Assembly: GCA_046758505.1 (NCBI GenBank)
Contig: JBHIAH010000013.1
Coordinates: forward strand, 1 to 50,311
Direction: 5' to 3'
DNA: 50,311 nucleotides
DNA from: Candidatus Methylomirabilales bacterium
Lineage (GTDB): Bacteria > Methylomirabilota > Methylomirabilia > Methylomirabilales > CSP1-5
Made by a program: the position numbers and the translations under genes. Positions within the stretch are counted from its first letter, which is position 1. Each line of letters begins with the position of its first letter. Below, in pieces: positions 39,670 to 49,827 of the stretch. Below the pieces are notes generated by a model. It did not search any database. It was not told the DNA's origin and worked only from the letters and a program-made list of their open reading frames with translations.

Positions 39670-41517
39670 TTACGCCTCCCTGGAACGCCGCACCCGCCGA
39701 TTCCCGGCCTCTTCCCCTCGAACACGCAAGACGGCCATGAAGGCTTCCTGGGGGATCTCCACCCGTCCCAGTTGTTTCATCCGCTTCTTCCCCTCCTTTT
39801 GTCGCTCCAACAGCTTGCGTTTTCGGGTGACGTCACCCCCGTAGCATCGGGCCGTCACCTGTTTGCGGAGGGGCTTGATGTTCTCCCGGGCAATCACCTT
39901 GCCTCCAATCGCAGCCTGCAGCACCACCTCAAAGAGCTGTCGCGGAATGAGGTCCCGGAGTCTTCCGACCAGTTGTCGTCCCCGATGATAGGCCTGCGCC
40001 TGCTCGACGATGGCAGAGAGCGCATCGACTGGCACCCCATTGACCAAGATATCCAGCTTGACCAGATCCCCTTCCCGGTAATCGATCAGCTCGTAATCCA
40101 AGGAGGCGTAGCCTCGGCTCAGCGATTTGAGTCGATCATAGAAATCGAGGACGACCTCGGCCAAGGGGAGATCATAGGTGATTACGACGCGGCGGTCCAG
40201 GAGATACTCCAGGCCGACCTGAATTCCCCGCTTCTCCTGGCAGAGGGCCAGGACGGGGCCAACGTACTCCACCGGAGTCATGATGGTAGCCCGGATATAT
40301 GGTTCTTCGACACCGAGCACCCGCTCGCGAGACGGCAGCCGGGAGGGATTGTCTACCCCCACCACCGTCCCGTCAGTGAGATGAACCCGGAAAACGACAG
40401 TCGGAGCAGTGGTGAGTAGCTCCAAGTCGAATTCTCGCTCTAATCGCTCCTGGACAATCTCCAGATGCAGCAACCCCAGGAAGCCACACCGGAAGCCAAA
40501 ACCCAAGGCCGCCGAGCTTTCCGGCTCAAAGGTAAAGGCCGAGTCGTTGAGCTGCAACTTCTCTAAGGCCTCCTTCAAGCGAAGATAGTCTCCCCCCTCC
40601 ACCGGATAGAGCCCGGCGAAGACCATGGGCCGGATGTACCGGAAGCCCGGGAGCGGGGCCGCGGTCGGCCGGTCTGCCTCAGTGATGGTATCCCCGACCC
40701 GGACCTGGCGCACATCCTTCATCCCGGCCATGAGATACCCCACCTCTCCCGCCCGCAGCATCGGGACCGACCGCATCTCCGGGGCGAAGACCCCCACCTG
40801 ACTCACCTCAAAGGTCACGCCGCCCGCCATGAGGCGAATCCGGAGCCCCGGTCGGACAAGCCCATCCATGACACGAATGGTGACGACGACGCCCCGGAAG
40901 GGATCAAACCAGGAATCAAAAACCAATGCCCTGAGGGGTGCCTGAGGATTCCCCTGCGGCGGGGCGATCCGCGCCACGATCGCCTCGAGGATCTCCGGTG
41001 TCCCGATTCCCTCCTTGGCGCTACACCGGATCACGCCGGAGACGTCAATGAGGTGGGTGTCCTCCAGTTGCTCTGTGACACGGGCCACGTCGGCGATGGG
41101 GAGGTCGATCTTGTTGACCACCGGAATGATGGTGAGCCGATGTGCAAGGGCGAGCTGAAGGTTGGCCAGCGTCTGTGCCTGAATCCCCTGAGAGGCATCC
41201 ACGACCAAGAGGACCCCCTCACAGGCGCTCAACGCGCGCGAGACTTCATAGCTAAAGTCGACATGCCCCGGCGTGTCAATCAGGTTGAGGACGGTCTCCG
41301 TGCCCGCCTGCGACTCGTACCGGAGACGGACCGCCTTGGCCTTGATAGTGATCCCGCGCTCTCGCTCCAGGTCCATCTGGTCCAGGACCTGCTCCCGCAT
41401 CTTTGGCGCCGCCACGGTCCCCGTGTACTCCAATAGCCGATCGGCCACGGTGGACTTTCCGTGGTCGATGTGGGCGATGATGGAAAAATTCCGGATGTCT
41501 GTGGGCTCATAACTCAT
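39670..41517 (-). CDS. lepA: Elongation factor 4
   Basis: [40 protein letters not shown]. Confidence 0.98.
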   Translation of the reverse strand: MSYEPTDIRNFSIIAHIDHGKSTVADRLLEYTGTVAAPKMREQVLDQMDLERERGITIKAKAVRLRYESQAGTETVLNLIDTPGHVDFSYEVSRALSACEGVLLVVDASQGIQAQTLANLQLALAHRLTIIPVVNKIDLPIADVARVTEQLEDTHLIDVSGVIRCSAKEGIGTPEILEAIVARIAPPQGNPQAPLRALVFDSWFDPFRGVVVTIRVMDGLVRPGLRIRLMAGGVTFEVSQVGVFAPEMRSVPMLRAGEVGYLMAGMKDVRQVRVGDTITEADRPTAAPLPGFRYIRPMVFAGLYPVEGGDYLRLKEALEKLQLNDSAFTFEPESSAALGFGFRCGFLGLLHLEIVQERLEREFDLELLTTAPTVVFRVHLTDGTVVGVDNPSRLPSRERVLGVEEPYIRATIMTPVEYVGPVLALCQEKRGIQVGLEYLLDRRVVITYDLPLAEVVLDFYDRLKSLSRGYASLDYELIDYREGDLVKLDILVNGVPVDALSAIVEQAQAYHRGRQLVGRLRDLIPRQLFEVVLQAAIGGKVIARENIKPLRKQVTARCYGGDVTRKRKLLERQKEGKKRMKQLGRVEIPQEAFMAVLRVRGEEAGNRRVRRSREA

Positions 41518-41520
41518 CGA

Positions 41521-41732
41521 GTGTCCAACGTCCAAAGTCCAAGGTTGGAGGCCCGTCGGCCTCGTTCACGGTTGAGGGTTCAGAGATCAAGATACTCGCT
41601 TTGCCATGAACTATGAACCATGAACCGGGTAGCGGTCAGCAGTCCGCCCGGAAAACTAAAGCTCATGGCTGATAGCGGACCGCCGATAGCTGACAGCCGT
41701 TCTCATCGATCGTCGGTCATCGGTCGTCGGGT
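41521..41732. repeat. Compound heptamer-repeat locus (GTCCAA array + A element + C element + B array)
   Basis: GTCCAACGTCCAAAGTCCAA; GTTCACGGTTGAGGGTTCAG..ATGAACTATGAACCATGAACC; 41635-41723 closely matches 47804-47893. Confidence 0.8.
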
Positions 41733-41745
41733 GGCGGTCCACCGA

Positions 41746-42771
41746 TCAGGGAGGAAGGGGACCTGATCCTTTTGACCCCTCTCCGTTTTCTCCCACGCGC
41801 TCCCGGAGCATATCCACGGCCGTGGCATATACCTCGGCCGGGCGCAGATCCTGAAGGCAGACCTGTCCCTCCGGGTTTCGGCAGACCTTAGAGAAGCAGG
41901 GACTGCAGGAAGGACAGGTAGAGAGGATGCGATGGCCCGTCCCATAAGGCCCCGTCCGTCTGGGATCGGTCGGCCCCATCAGGGCGATCACCCGGCGCCC
42001 GAGCGCCGCGGCGAGGTGCATGGGGCCGGTATCGTTGGCGATGATAAGATCGGCCCGCTGGAGGATCCCTCCGAGCTCCGCCAGGGACGTCCTCCCCCTG
42101 AGATCCACCACCCCCTCCAGGCTGCCCAAGGGATCCGTCGCGGGTGGCAACTCCCCTCCCACCAACAGCACCTGGACCCCGCCCCGACGCAGCCGATCCG
42201 CCACCTCGGCAAACGAGGCCATTGGCCACAGCTTCGTCGGCCACCGCGCGCTGGGGATCAAGACCACCACCGGACGCCCCCCATCTCCCGCGAGCGACGA
42301 GGCGGGGAACGCGAGCGGGAAGGCCGGATCCCCGTCCTCCACCTCGAGCGCCCGGACCACGTCAAGATACCGATCGACCGCGTGACGATCCAGCTCGCTC
42401 GAGCCAACCTGCCGCTGGTAGAAGAGCCACGAAAGCTCCCGGGCGTACGACGGCCCGAGGCAGACCCGCCCCCGTGCCAGGCGGCTGATGAGCGCACTCT
42501 TGAACAGACCGGTCAAGTCAATGACGAGATCAAACTCCCGCTGGCGCAGTTCCCGGACCATCGCCCAGAGACCCCTAACAGGGCGCTGTCGGTCGAAGGG
42601 GATCACCTCGTCCACATCCGCCGCATACCGGAGCAACGGGGCGTAGACCGCATTCACGACCCAAGTGATGCTGGCGGGGAGGCCCACCTTGAGGTGATGG
42701 ATTGTGGGGAGCGCGTGAATGAGGTCTCCCAAAGAGCTCAGCTTAACGATCAGGACCCGCTTGGTTGACAT
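41746..42771 (-). CDS. Glycosyltransferase family 9 (LPS heptosyltransferase-like)
   Basis: LIVKLSSLGDLIHALP, ARWPTKLWP, ANDTGPMHLAAALG, GPTDP. Confidence 0.92.
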   Translation of the reverse strand: MSTKRVLIVKLSSLGDLIHALPTIHHLKVGLPASITWVVNAVYAPLLRYAADVDEVIPFDRQRPVRGLWAMVRELRQREFDLVIDLTGLFKSALISRLARGRVCLGPSYARELSWLFYQRQVGSSELDRHAVDRYLDVVRALEVEDGDPAFPLAFPASSLAGDGGRPVVVLIPSARWPTKLWPMASFAEVADRLRRGGVQVLLVGGELPPATDPLGSLEGVVDLRGRTSLAELGGILQRADLIIANDTGPMHLAAALGRRVIALMGPTDPRRTGPYGTGHRILSTCPSCSPCFSKVCRNPEGQVCLQDLRPAEVYATAVDMLRERVGENGEGSKGSGPLPP

Positions 42772-42785
42772 CTCGACCTCACTCG

Positions 42786-43763
42786 TCACCACTCGCGCTC
42801 GGCAATGAAATCCACCAACATTTCGAGAGACCGCCGCGCAGCACTATCGGGGAAGGGGACTAGCTGTTCCCGCGCCTTACCCAGGTACTTCCTGGCCTCT
42901 TCCACCGCCGCCCGCACGCCGCCCCCCTCTGTCACATATCGACGAATCGTCTCCGCCTCGGCTTCCCCCAACTGTCCGTCACAGAGAAGGCGACGAATTT
43001 CGTCTCGCTCCGGGCTCCCCGCCTGCTGGAGGAGGTGTATCAGGGGATAGGTCACCTTGCCCTCCAACAGATCGTTTCCGACGGGCTTCCCCAGGATCTC
43101 TTCGCTTGCCGTGAAGTCCAGCGCATCATCGACCAGCTGAAAGCCGATCCCCAGGCTGAGCCCAAAGTCCGTTAACGCGTCTACGCGCGTTTCGTCCACG
43201 CCCGCGATGAGCGCCCCACTCCGGCACGCAGCAGAGAAGAGGGCCGCCGTCTTACAGGTGATGAGGGTGAGGTAGTCCTGGTATAGGATATCGGGATTTC
43301 GGTGCCACCTGAGCTCCAGGATTTCCCCCTCGGTCATGGCCACCGTGGCGTCCGCAAACGCCTTGAGGATGCGAAAGTCCCCATCACTCACCAGCCGCTG
43401 GATCGAGTGCGAGTACAGAAAGTCGCCGGCCAGGACCGAAATGTGCGGCCCCCATCGCGCATTGGCTGATGGTTGCCCTCTGCGCTTTTGGGCATTATCG
43501 ATAATGTCGTCATGGATGAGGGTGGCCACGTGCATGAACTCCGCCACCACGGCTAGATCCACACCCCGTTTTCCCCCGTCGTACCCACACACCCGGGCCG
43601 CGAGGAGGAGCAGGGCGGGGCGCACCCGCTTTCCGCCGCTCCCGAGAACATAAGTTGTCACCTCTGAGATCAGATCGGCCCGGCTCGAGATCTTCTCCTG
43701 AATCCGCCGCTCAACTTCCGCCAGCTCTTCGGCCACCGGGGCGAAAACGAGTCCATGCAACAC
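42786..43763 (-). CDS. Polyprenyl diphosphate synthase (IspB-like)
   Basis: GGKRVRP, LIHDDIID, FQLVDDALD, GKPVGNDL. Confidence 0.95.
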   Translation of the reverse strand: MLHGLVFAPVAEELAEVERRIQEKISSRADLISEVTTYVLGSGGKRVRPALLLLAARVCGYDGGKRGVDLAVVAEFMHVATLIHDDIIDNAQKRRGQPSANARWGPHISVLAGDFLYSHSIQRLVSDGDFRILKAFADATVAMTEGEILELRWHRNPDILYQDYLTLITCKTAALFSAACRSGALIAGVDETRVDALTDFGLSLGIGFQLVDDALDFTASEEILGKPVGNDLLEGKVTYPLIHLLQQAGSPERDEIRRLLCDGQLGEAEAETIRRYVTEGGGVRAAVEEARKYLGKAREQLVPFPDSAARRSLEMLVDFIAEREW

Positions 43764-43875
43764 GGAGGGCGCTCCTCTCGCGGGGGCCTACCTCGCGGCC
43801 TCACGACCACGCTGCCCGTTGGCGAACGTCGTCCACCATAGCACAGCGAATCATCGGGTTCAACACCCATCACAC

Positions 43876-43992
43876 GATGACCGCTGACCGATGACCGGCG
43901 ACCGAAAAAGCCTTGGGGAGCCCTAAAGTCATCGGGTAGCTATCATGGGTCATCGAAGAACAGTCGTCGGTCGCCGGTCATCGGTCGTCGGG
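43876..43992. repeat. Inverted heptamer arrays, family B, overlapping the PAP2 gene 3' end
   Basis: GATGACCGCTGACCGATGACCGGCGACCG ... GTCGTCGGTCGCCGGTCATCGGTCGTCGG. Confidence 0.75.
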
Positions 43993-44527
43993 TGGGCAGG
44001 TGTTGCTGGAGTTTCCGCGCGAGATATACGAAACAGGCGGCGCAGATCAGGCCCACGAGAACTCCCCCTCCCACATCGGCGGGATAGTGAACCCCCACAT
44101 AGACCCTGGAGTATCCAACCGTCGCCGCAATCAAAAAAAGGGGGAGGGCCACCCGTCGGTAGAAGTAGGAAAAAAAGAGTGCCTGGGCGGTGATGTTCGT
44201 GGCATGGCTCGAGGGAAACGAGAACGAGTGACCACTACAGCCCACGAGAATCCGTACACCCTCCAGCGCCTGACAGGGACGAGGGCGCTGAATCCAAAGC
44301 TTTAGCAGCTCGCTCATCGTATTTGAGACCAGGAGGAGCAACAACGCCAATACCACCAGGAGCCGACCCTTCCAGCCGCCCCAGACGACCAGAGCAATTC
44401 CCACCAGGGTGAGGGGAACGAGGAAGGGAGTGGGATCGGTGACCACCGGCATCAGGAGATCAAGGACGCCATTGCTGAGGTCCCGGTTGATCACCCAGAA
44501 CAGGAGGAGGTCAAGGTGAGACATCAC
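43943..44527 (-). CDS. PAP2 family membrane phosphatase
   Basis: KLWIQRPRP, SFPSSHA, SRVYVGVHYPAD. Confidence 0.93.
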   Translation of the reverse strand: MMSHLDLLLFWVINRDLSNGVLDLLMPVVTDPTPFLVPLTLVGIALVVWGGWKGRLLVVLALLLLLVSNTMSELLKLWIQRPRPCQALEGVRILVGCSGHSFSFPSSHATNITAQALFFSYFYRRVALPLFLIAATVGYSRVYVGVHYPADVGGGVLVGLICAACFVYLARKLQQHLPTRRPMTGDRRLFFDDP

Positions 44528-44608
44528 GCGTCCCGCGTTGCGGGGAGCAAAGCCACCGCTTCGAGAGACCGACTCCTGTCGCAGGCGGACAGCAGGACCG
44601 CTGTGTCG

Positions 44609-45610
44609 TCACGATCCCTCGTTCGCGGACACGCCCGGCCCCTCCAGCGGGGTGTGGAACACCTGGCGGATTGCGTACACGGGTTTGCCTTGCGACTCGT
44701 GATAGATCCGGACCAACAGCTCCCCTAAAAGCCCCAGGATGATAAGCTGGACCCCCAAGATCACGAGCAGCACACTGAGCAGGAGCAGGGGACGGTTGCC
44801 GATTTCCTGCCCCCCAAGGAGCTTGAGCAGGCTGAGGTAGACGCCCAGGAGGCCCCCCGCCATGCCCGACAGAAGCCCCAGCAGGCCAAAGATCTGAATC
44901 GGTTTGGTGGAGTAACTGAGGAGAAACTTGACGGTGAGGAGGTCGAGGAGAACCCGCAGGATCCGACCGAGGCCGTATTTCGACCGGCCGATGCGCCTGG
45001 GGTGATGTCGGACCTTCACCTCGGTGACAGACACCCCCATCCAACTGGCCACGGCCGGGATGAATCGGTGCATCTCCCCATAGAGATGTAGGCTTCGCAC
45101 CACTTCCCGCCGATAGGCCTTGAGGGTACACCCGTAATCATGCAGCTTCACCCCCGTCACTACAGAGATGACCCAGTTGGCGATCCTCGAGGGGAGGTGC
45201 CGGGTAAAGAACGGATCCTTCCGATTTACCCGCCATCCGCTGACCAGATCGTACTCCTTGGCAAGCTCGAGCAGCGTGGGGATATCCGCCGGGTCGTTCT
45301 GCAGGTCCCCGTCCATGGTCACGATCACCTCCCCCCGGGCATGGTCAAAGCCGGCGCTCATGGCCGCCGTCTGGCCGAAGTTTCGGCGCAGGGCCACGAT
45401 CACCCACCGCGGGTCCTGCGCCTGAATCTGCCGGGCAACGTTGAGCGTCCCATCGGTGCTCCCGTCATCCACGATGACGACCTCATAGGTGAGCCCGAGG
45501 GGATTCAACGCCTCACCGATCGCACTCCAGAGAGGGCGCAGATTCCCCTCCTCGTTGAGCACCGGGATCACGAGGGAAAGGGGAATGGTTTGAGGCGGTT
45601 CACGATTCAT
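44609..45610 (-). CDS. Glycosyltransferase family 2, ArnC/DPM-synthase-like
   Basis: VIPVLNEE, VDDGSTD, RNFGQTAA, MDGDLQNDP, C-terminal TM helices. Confidence 0.93.
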   Translation of the reverse strand: MNREPPQTIPLSLVIPVLNEEGNLRPLWSAIGEALNPLGLTYEVVIVDDGSTDGTLNVARQIQAQDPRWVIVALRRNFGQTAAMSAGFDHARGEVIVTMDGDLQNDPADIPTLLELAKEYDLVSGWRVNRKDPFFTRHLPSRIANWVISVVTGVKLHDYGCTLKAYRREVVRSLHLYGEMHRFIPAVASWMGVSVTEVKVRHHPRRIGRSKYGLGRILRVLLDLLTVKFLLSYSTKPIQIFGLLGLLSGMAGGLLGVYLSLLKLLGGQEIGNRPLLLLSVLLVILGVQLIILGLLGELLVRIYHESQGKPVYAIRQVFHTPLEGPGVSANEGS

Positions 45611-45642
45611 GGTTCAGGATTCAGGGTTCATGGTCCAGGGTG
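45596..45642. repeat. Family A heptamer array spanning the PAP2 stop and GT2 start
   Basis: CGGTTCACGATTCATGGTTCAGGATTCAGGGTTCATGGTCCAGG. Confidence 0.75.
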
Positions 45643-46313
45643 CTGAAATCATGATTGACTGCTGACGATTCACGCCTTACGGCCTCACGATCTTTCTCGG
45701 CAGACCACACCTCGAGCGCCAGCGCCACTCCCACGGCCATGGCAATGCCGAGCAGGATCCCCCCAAACACATCAGTCAGCCAGTGATTGTCTGTATACAC
45801 CCGGCTGACACCTACACCCAGCACGATCAGCACCCCACCGACTGCGCTGCTGGCACGCGCCACGGGCCGACGCACGAGCCCGCCCCGGTGCGCAAAGTAC
45901 AAGAGCCCGCTTACCGTCACCAGCGCGGCCAGGGTGTGCCCGCTCGGGAACCCGAACCGGGGGTCCCCCGGGCGCAGCCTTCCCACTACGACCTTGGAGA
46001 GTTGCCCCAGTGCCCCCCCACCCCCCAGCGCGAAGAGAAAAAAGAGGAGAAACTCTTTCCCCATCTCACGGAAGACAAAGAGACCGAGGAGGAGGAGCAC
46101 CACGGTGAGAATCCGCCAGTCCCCGAAGATCGCCCACTCTCTGATCATCCACCCCAGCGCCACGTCCTGACTCCCCTGAAAGAAATCGCGGACCACGCGA
46201 TCCATGGGTAGGGGACCCCTGGAGCTGACGAGCATCGCGAGGGAGAGGTAAGCCGCGAGGTGCAGTATCACCACTGCACCCCAGAGGGAGTACCGGACCG
46301 TCCATTGCTTCAC
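45621..46313 (-). CDS. PAP2 family membrane phosphatase
   Basis: KVVVGRLRP, GFPSGH, SRVYTDNHWLTD. Confidence 0.9.
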   Translation of the reverse strand: MKQWTVRYSLWGAVVILHLAAYLSLAMLVSSRGPLPMDRVVRDFFQGSQDVALGWMIREWAIFGDWRILTVVLLLLGLFVFREMGKEFLLFFLFALGGGGALGQLSKVVVGRLRPGDPRFGFPSGHTLAALVTVSGLLYFAHRGGLVRRPVARASSAVGGVLIVLGVGVSRVYTDNHWLTDVFGGILLGIAMAVGVALALEVWSAEKDREAVRRESSAVNHDFSTLDHEP

Positions 46314-46580
46314 CGTAGCACCGCTCCCTTTCGGAGATGACAGCGCCGTATGCTACCACACCCCACTCCCGTGTCCAGCCCTTTGTTTGGTTCCTGGTTC
46401 ACGACTCGGGAAGGCACCTGGGCGGGCGTGTCATCCGTTTCCAGTTCACACGAGAGGGAGGCGACCCGTGTGAGGACGGAGGCCCCCCGAGGCCTGGGAA
46501 GCTCGGTCGGCCGGGCAGAAATACTACCCGCGGACAAACAGTCTGGGAACCCACACGAGAGAGACCATTGGCTAACCCCC

Positions 46581-46613
46581 CAAAACTAAAAGCCCCGGAT
46601 GATCCCGGGGCCT
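46581..46613 (-). terminator. Intrinsic terminator after the M48 lipoprotein gene
   Basis: AGGCCCCGG-GATCAT-CCGGGGCTT followed by TTAGTTTT on the minus strand. Confidence 0.7.
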
Positions 46614-46661
46614 TCGTATTCCTCTTCGAACATCGTACGGTCACGCAGACTTAAAGACCTT

Positions 46662-47348
46662 TCAGGGACGCTCGCCAAAGGACGCCATGAGCCGATGAAG
46701 CTGCTTGACCGACACGTCCCGATTGCTCTCCGCGCCACTCCCCTCGAGGAGACGGGCGATCTTTTCAGCCAGAACCATGCGCTCGGCATGACTCGGATGG
46801 CCATCCGGCTCTGCATCCCCGCGCCCGGGAGAAAGCTCCACGGCCATCCGTTCAAACACGCGAGCGCCGACCCTGATATTATAGCCAGCGCGGTGAGCAT
46901 ACAACAGCCCCCGGATGTCGGCCACTCGCTCTTCCCCCCTCTGGGTCCCCCCCAGGAGGCCATGATCGCCGGACGTCGGCAGATGGCCCATCTCGTGGCC
47001 CAGGACTACTGCCAGTTCATCATCACTTCTTACGAATCGAAGCATCCCCAGGCACACATGGATTGTTGCGTCGCCTACGGAGGCGTTGACCGCATCACAC
47101 GCCGCAACCTCGACGGTCAGCCGCGGCGGATTCGCCATCCCGAGACGCAGGCGCGTCAGTACCCGCTCGAGCCGCATCTGCTGGCTCCACCTGAACCGTG
47201 CGGCCTTCCGCTCTAGTTGCGCGGCCTGGGCCCGCTCTTCCTGCTTCGAGACCAATGGGCTGAGGCGTCCTTGGTGAAGGCTGGCCGTACAGGCAGTCCC
47301 CAGCACCAGGAGACTGGCCGTCAGAAGCCTGAACCACCGGCTCGCCAT
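46662..47348 (-). CDS. M48 family metallopeptidase lipoprotein
   Basis: Lipobox LGTAC, VNA, ELAVVLGHEMGH, ERVAD, HPSHAER. Confidence 0.85.
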   Translation of the reverse strand: MASRWFRLLTASLLVLGTACTASLHQGRLSPLVSKQEERAQAAQLERKAARFRWSQQMRLERVLTRLRLGMANPPRLTVEVAACDAVNASVGDATIHVCLGMLRFVRSDDELAVVLGHEMGHLPTSGDHGLLGGTQRGEERVADIRGLLYAHRAGYNIRVGARVFERMAVELSPGRGDAEPDGHPSHAERMVLAEKIARLLEGSGAESNRDVSVKQLHRLMASFGERP

Positions 47349-47579
47349 GGTTTGCCCTCGCGTCATCGGACCGTATCCTTCCTGCCCATTGGGGTCGTCC
47401 CGTGAAACATCGCCTGCCCCAGCCGGCCTCACGAATCTCCGCGCCGTTCGGATCGTCTCGGATCATCATCCCCCGGCAAGGTCCTTCCTGAGAGGACATG
47501 CTGGTGATGCCGCTTCTGTGGCGGAGGTCCCAGCCTATGTCCGATCCATCACTGCCAGCGCAATTCCCCTGCAATTTCG

Positions 47580-47596
47580 TGCACGTTTTGTGCCAA
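47580..47596 (-). promoter_or_regulatory. Sigma54 -24/-12 promoter motif
   Basis: TTGGCACAAAACGTGCA (GG-N10-GC). Confidence 0.6.
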
Positions 47597-47621
47597 CGCC
47601 CGAACCCCCAACACGCCCAAA

Positions 47622-47998
47622 TGTCGGCAGTCAGCAACTATGAATTCGCAGCCAACGGTCAGCAGCTGAGCTCGTGGCGCGTCGCGCATGGCACACAGCG
47701 AATGGTTCAGGGTTCAGGGTTGAGACACCTAAGTACTCGCATCGCCACGAACCATGAACAGACCAGCGGTCGTCGGCCATAGACCAGCCGTCAGCAGTCG
47801 GCCGTCAACAGTCCGCCCGGAAATCCTAACGCTCATAGCTGGTAGCGGACCTCCGATAGCTGACAGCCGTTCTCATCGGTCGTCGGTCGTCGGACCCAGA
47901 CGCTTGGCCCTCAACCCTGCGCGGACTCCGGCTGATGCCTGGCTGCTGGCAGCCGACCACTTACTGACGGTTGCGAGCTGCATGCTGACTGCTGACAG
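47622..47998. repeat. Large nested heptamer-repeat locus (C, A, B, C)
   Basis: GTCGGCAGTCAGC.. at left, GCTGACTGCTGACAG at right, enclosing an A element and B/C arrays. Confidence 0.75.
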
Positions 47999-48305
47999 AA
48001 GGGTGGGATCGCGGCGAGATCCTGGCGGGATCAGGCCCGGAATGAGTTCCCTGATGTCAAGCGTCTTCCTGGATCACGATGCAAACAGGGGACATACGTG
48101 CACGATGCAGGCGGGGATTCCTCGCCGCTCGGTTGCCGCTTGGCCAGGCGTACAAGGTCAAGCTCGCCCGGGGCCATCGAGCGAGGATTCACCGGGCAGA
48201 TTTCAGTCCTGAAAAGACACAGGAGCCGCACCTCCCGTGCGACTCCTGTGCCGTATGCGCCCCCCCTTGGAACCCAGTCCCGACCCTCTTCGAGAGCGCG
48301 GACGG

Positions 48306-48542
48306 TTATTCGAGGTCGTCAATTGTATAACGGATCGGGACCCCCCACCATCCCTCTTGTCTCGCCTCGTCCATTTCTCCCCGGGACAGGCGAGGTTTTT
48401 CGCCACCGCGCAAGGAGTACTGCATATGGCTGGCCGACGCAAAGTGCGGGCCGCCCGGAGGAATCCCGTACGATTTTGAACACGCGCTGACGCCCCCAGC
48501 CAAGGCCAGTACCACGATTACCAGTCCTATTTTCTTTTGCAT
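48306..48542 (-). CDS. Small hypothetical lipoprotein
   Basis: MQKKIGLVIVVLALAGGVSAC lipoprotein signal; GGGAGG RBS. Confidence 0.75.
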   Translation of the reverse strand: MQKKIGLVIVVLALAGGVSACSKSYGIPPGGPHFASASHMQYSLRGGEKPRLSRGEMDEARQEGWWGVPIRYTIDDLE

Positions 48543-48662
48543 GATACACCTCCCTCTTGGACGTCCCTCCGAAAATCTCCCCACGATAAAACCGGATCCC
48601 ACAGCCCCTCCTCAGCTTAGTCCCTAGGATACACGCGACACGCTCACAACGCAAGAGGTCGG

Positions 48663-48730
48663 GGAGGTCGGGGGTCAGGCATGCTATTTGCTATTTGGAG
48701 GTCGGGGGTCAGGCATGCTATTTGCTATTT
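48663..48730. repeat. Perfect tandem 34-bp duplication containing the left inverted repeat of the RAYT element
   Basis: GGAGGTCGGGGGTCAGGCATGCTATTTGCTATTT x2. Confidence 0.9.
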
Positions 48731-49678
48731 GTGGCTTAATCGACCGACCAATTCCTCAATGGTAGCGGCAAGATCGCCTCCTTTTTCCGCTCGTTGCGCG
48801 ATTCGGGTGGCCCCCCGACTGATCACGGTCGGGTCTACGCAAAGCATTCTCGCCAACTCTGCACCCTGCACGAGGGTATACTCGCGAACGATATAGCTGA
48901 GGATATCCCGCACCTCTACGACTTGCCGCGTTTTTACGGGCTGCTTGAGAGCGGTAATATCAACGTGAAAACTGCGGCTCACCCTCCGCACAACTTCCTC
49001 GAGAGAAGCACCCACCTTCTTGCGTCGCTGGAGGGTTGGCTCTCCCGCCTGCATCTTCACCCGGCTGACAAACTCTTCATCGCCTAGATAGCATTGGTCA
49101 ACAACCTGATAATACCTTGCCTGCTGCCCTTCACGCATACCCTGAGTGATGTATCCCTCGTAGGCTGCAACTGCTCGCGGCAGTTTGTGACTGAACTGCG
49201 CAAGGACGATGTCTCGCGGAATGCTCACATCATGGGCCACTCCTAGGTAGGCGCAATGACTACTCCATCGGTATTTCGCCGGATTCTTGACTAGCCCGGC
49301 CCGCACGGGGTTTAGATGAAGGTAACGCACCAAAGCCAAGAGGTAAGCGTCTTTGTCGCACAAGATTGCTTTGTATCGTCCCTGGAAGAGATGGCCGATC
49401 TTGTGATGTCGCCGATTGAAGTATTGAGTGTACGTTGTTCCCAACCACTGCATGATCCGAGAGAGAACCACGTCTCCCGTCTCTAAGAGCAGGTGAACGT
49501 GATTGGGCATGAGAACATACGCATAGAGCGTAAAGGCGAAGCGCTGCCGGGCTTCATGCAGTCGCCCGAGGTATCCATGGCGATCCGTATCGTCGAAAAA
49601 GATCGCCTCCCGTCGATTCCCACGGATCAGGACATGATAAAAGGCTCCTGGAAATTGTACGCGTGGCTTCCGGGCCAT
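48725..49678 (-). mobile_element. REP-associated tyrosine transposase-like (HUH/Y1) gene with C-terminal HTH
   Basis: MARKPR...YHVLIRGNRREAIF, YVLMPNHVHLL (HUH), GHLFQGRYKA, RYLHLNPVRAG, YRWSS. Confidence 0.9.
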
Positions 49679-49723
49679 TGATCTCCCTCCGAGAAGCGAA
49701 CTGAGGTTATCAGCAAGAATTCA

Positions 49724-49748
49724 AAATAGCAAACAGCAAGCCTGACCC
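49724..49748. repeat. Right 25-bp inverted repeat of the RAYT element
   Basis: AAATAGCAAACAGCAAGCCTGACCC; reverse complement matches the left repeat at 23 of 25. Confidence 0.85.
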
Positions 49749-49827
49749 TCGCCTTCTCCTCGCCTTCTTCGATTGGGAACTTTTCATCAGATGAGAACGT
49801 TGGCCTTACAGAAGGGAGGGGAGAGGC

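Noticed and set aside
46440..46565. CACACGAGAG repeated twice with a small hairpin in the intergenic region
   Set aside because: Only a 10-bp match with no further structure or motif support.
48031..48231. 66-aa Cys-containing ORF downstream of the small lipoprotein
   Set aside because: Weak RBS placement and no recognisable motif; cannot be supported from sequence alone.
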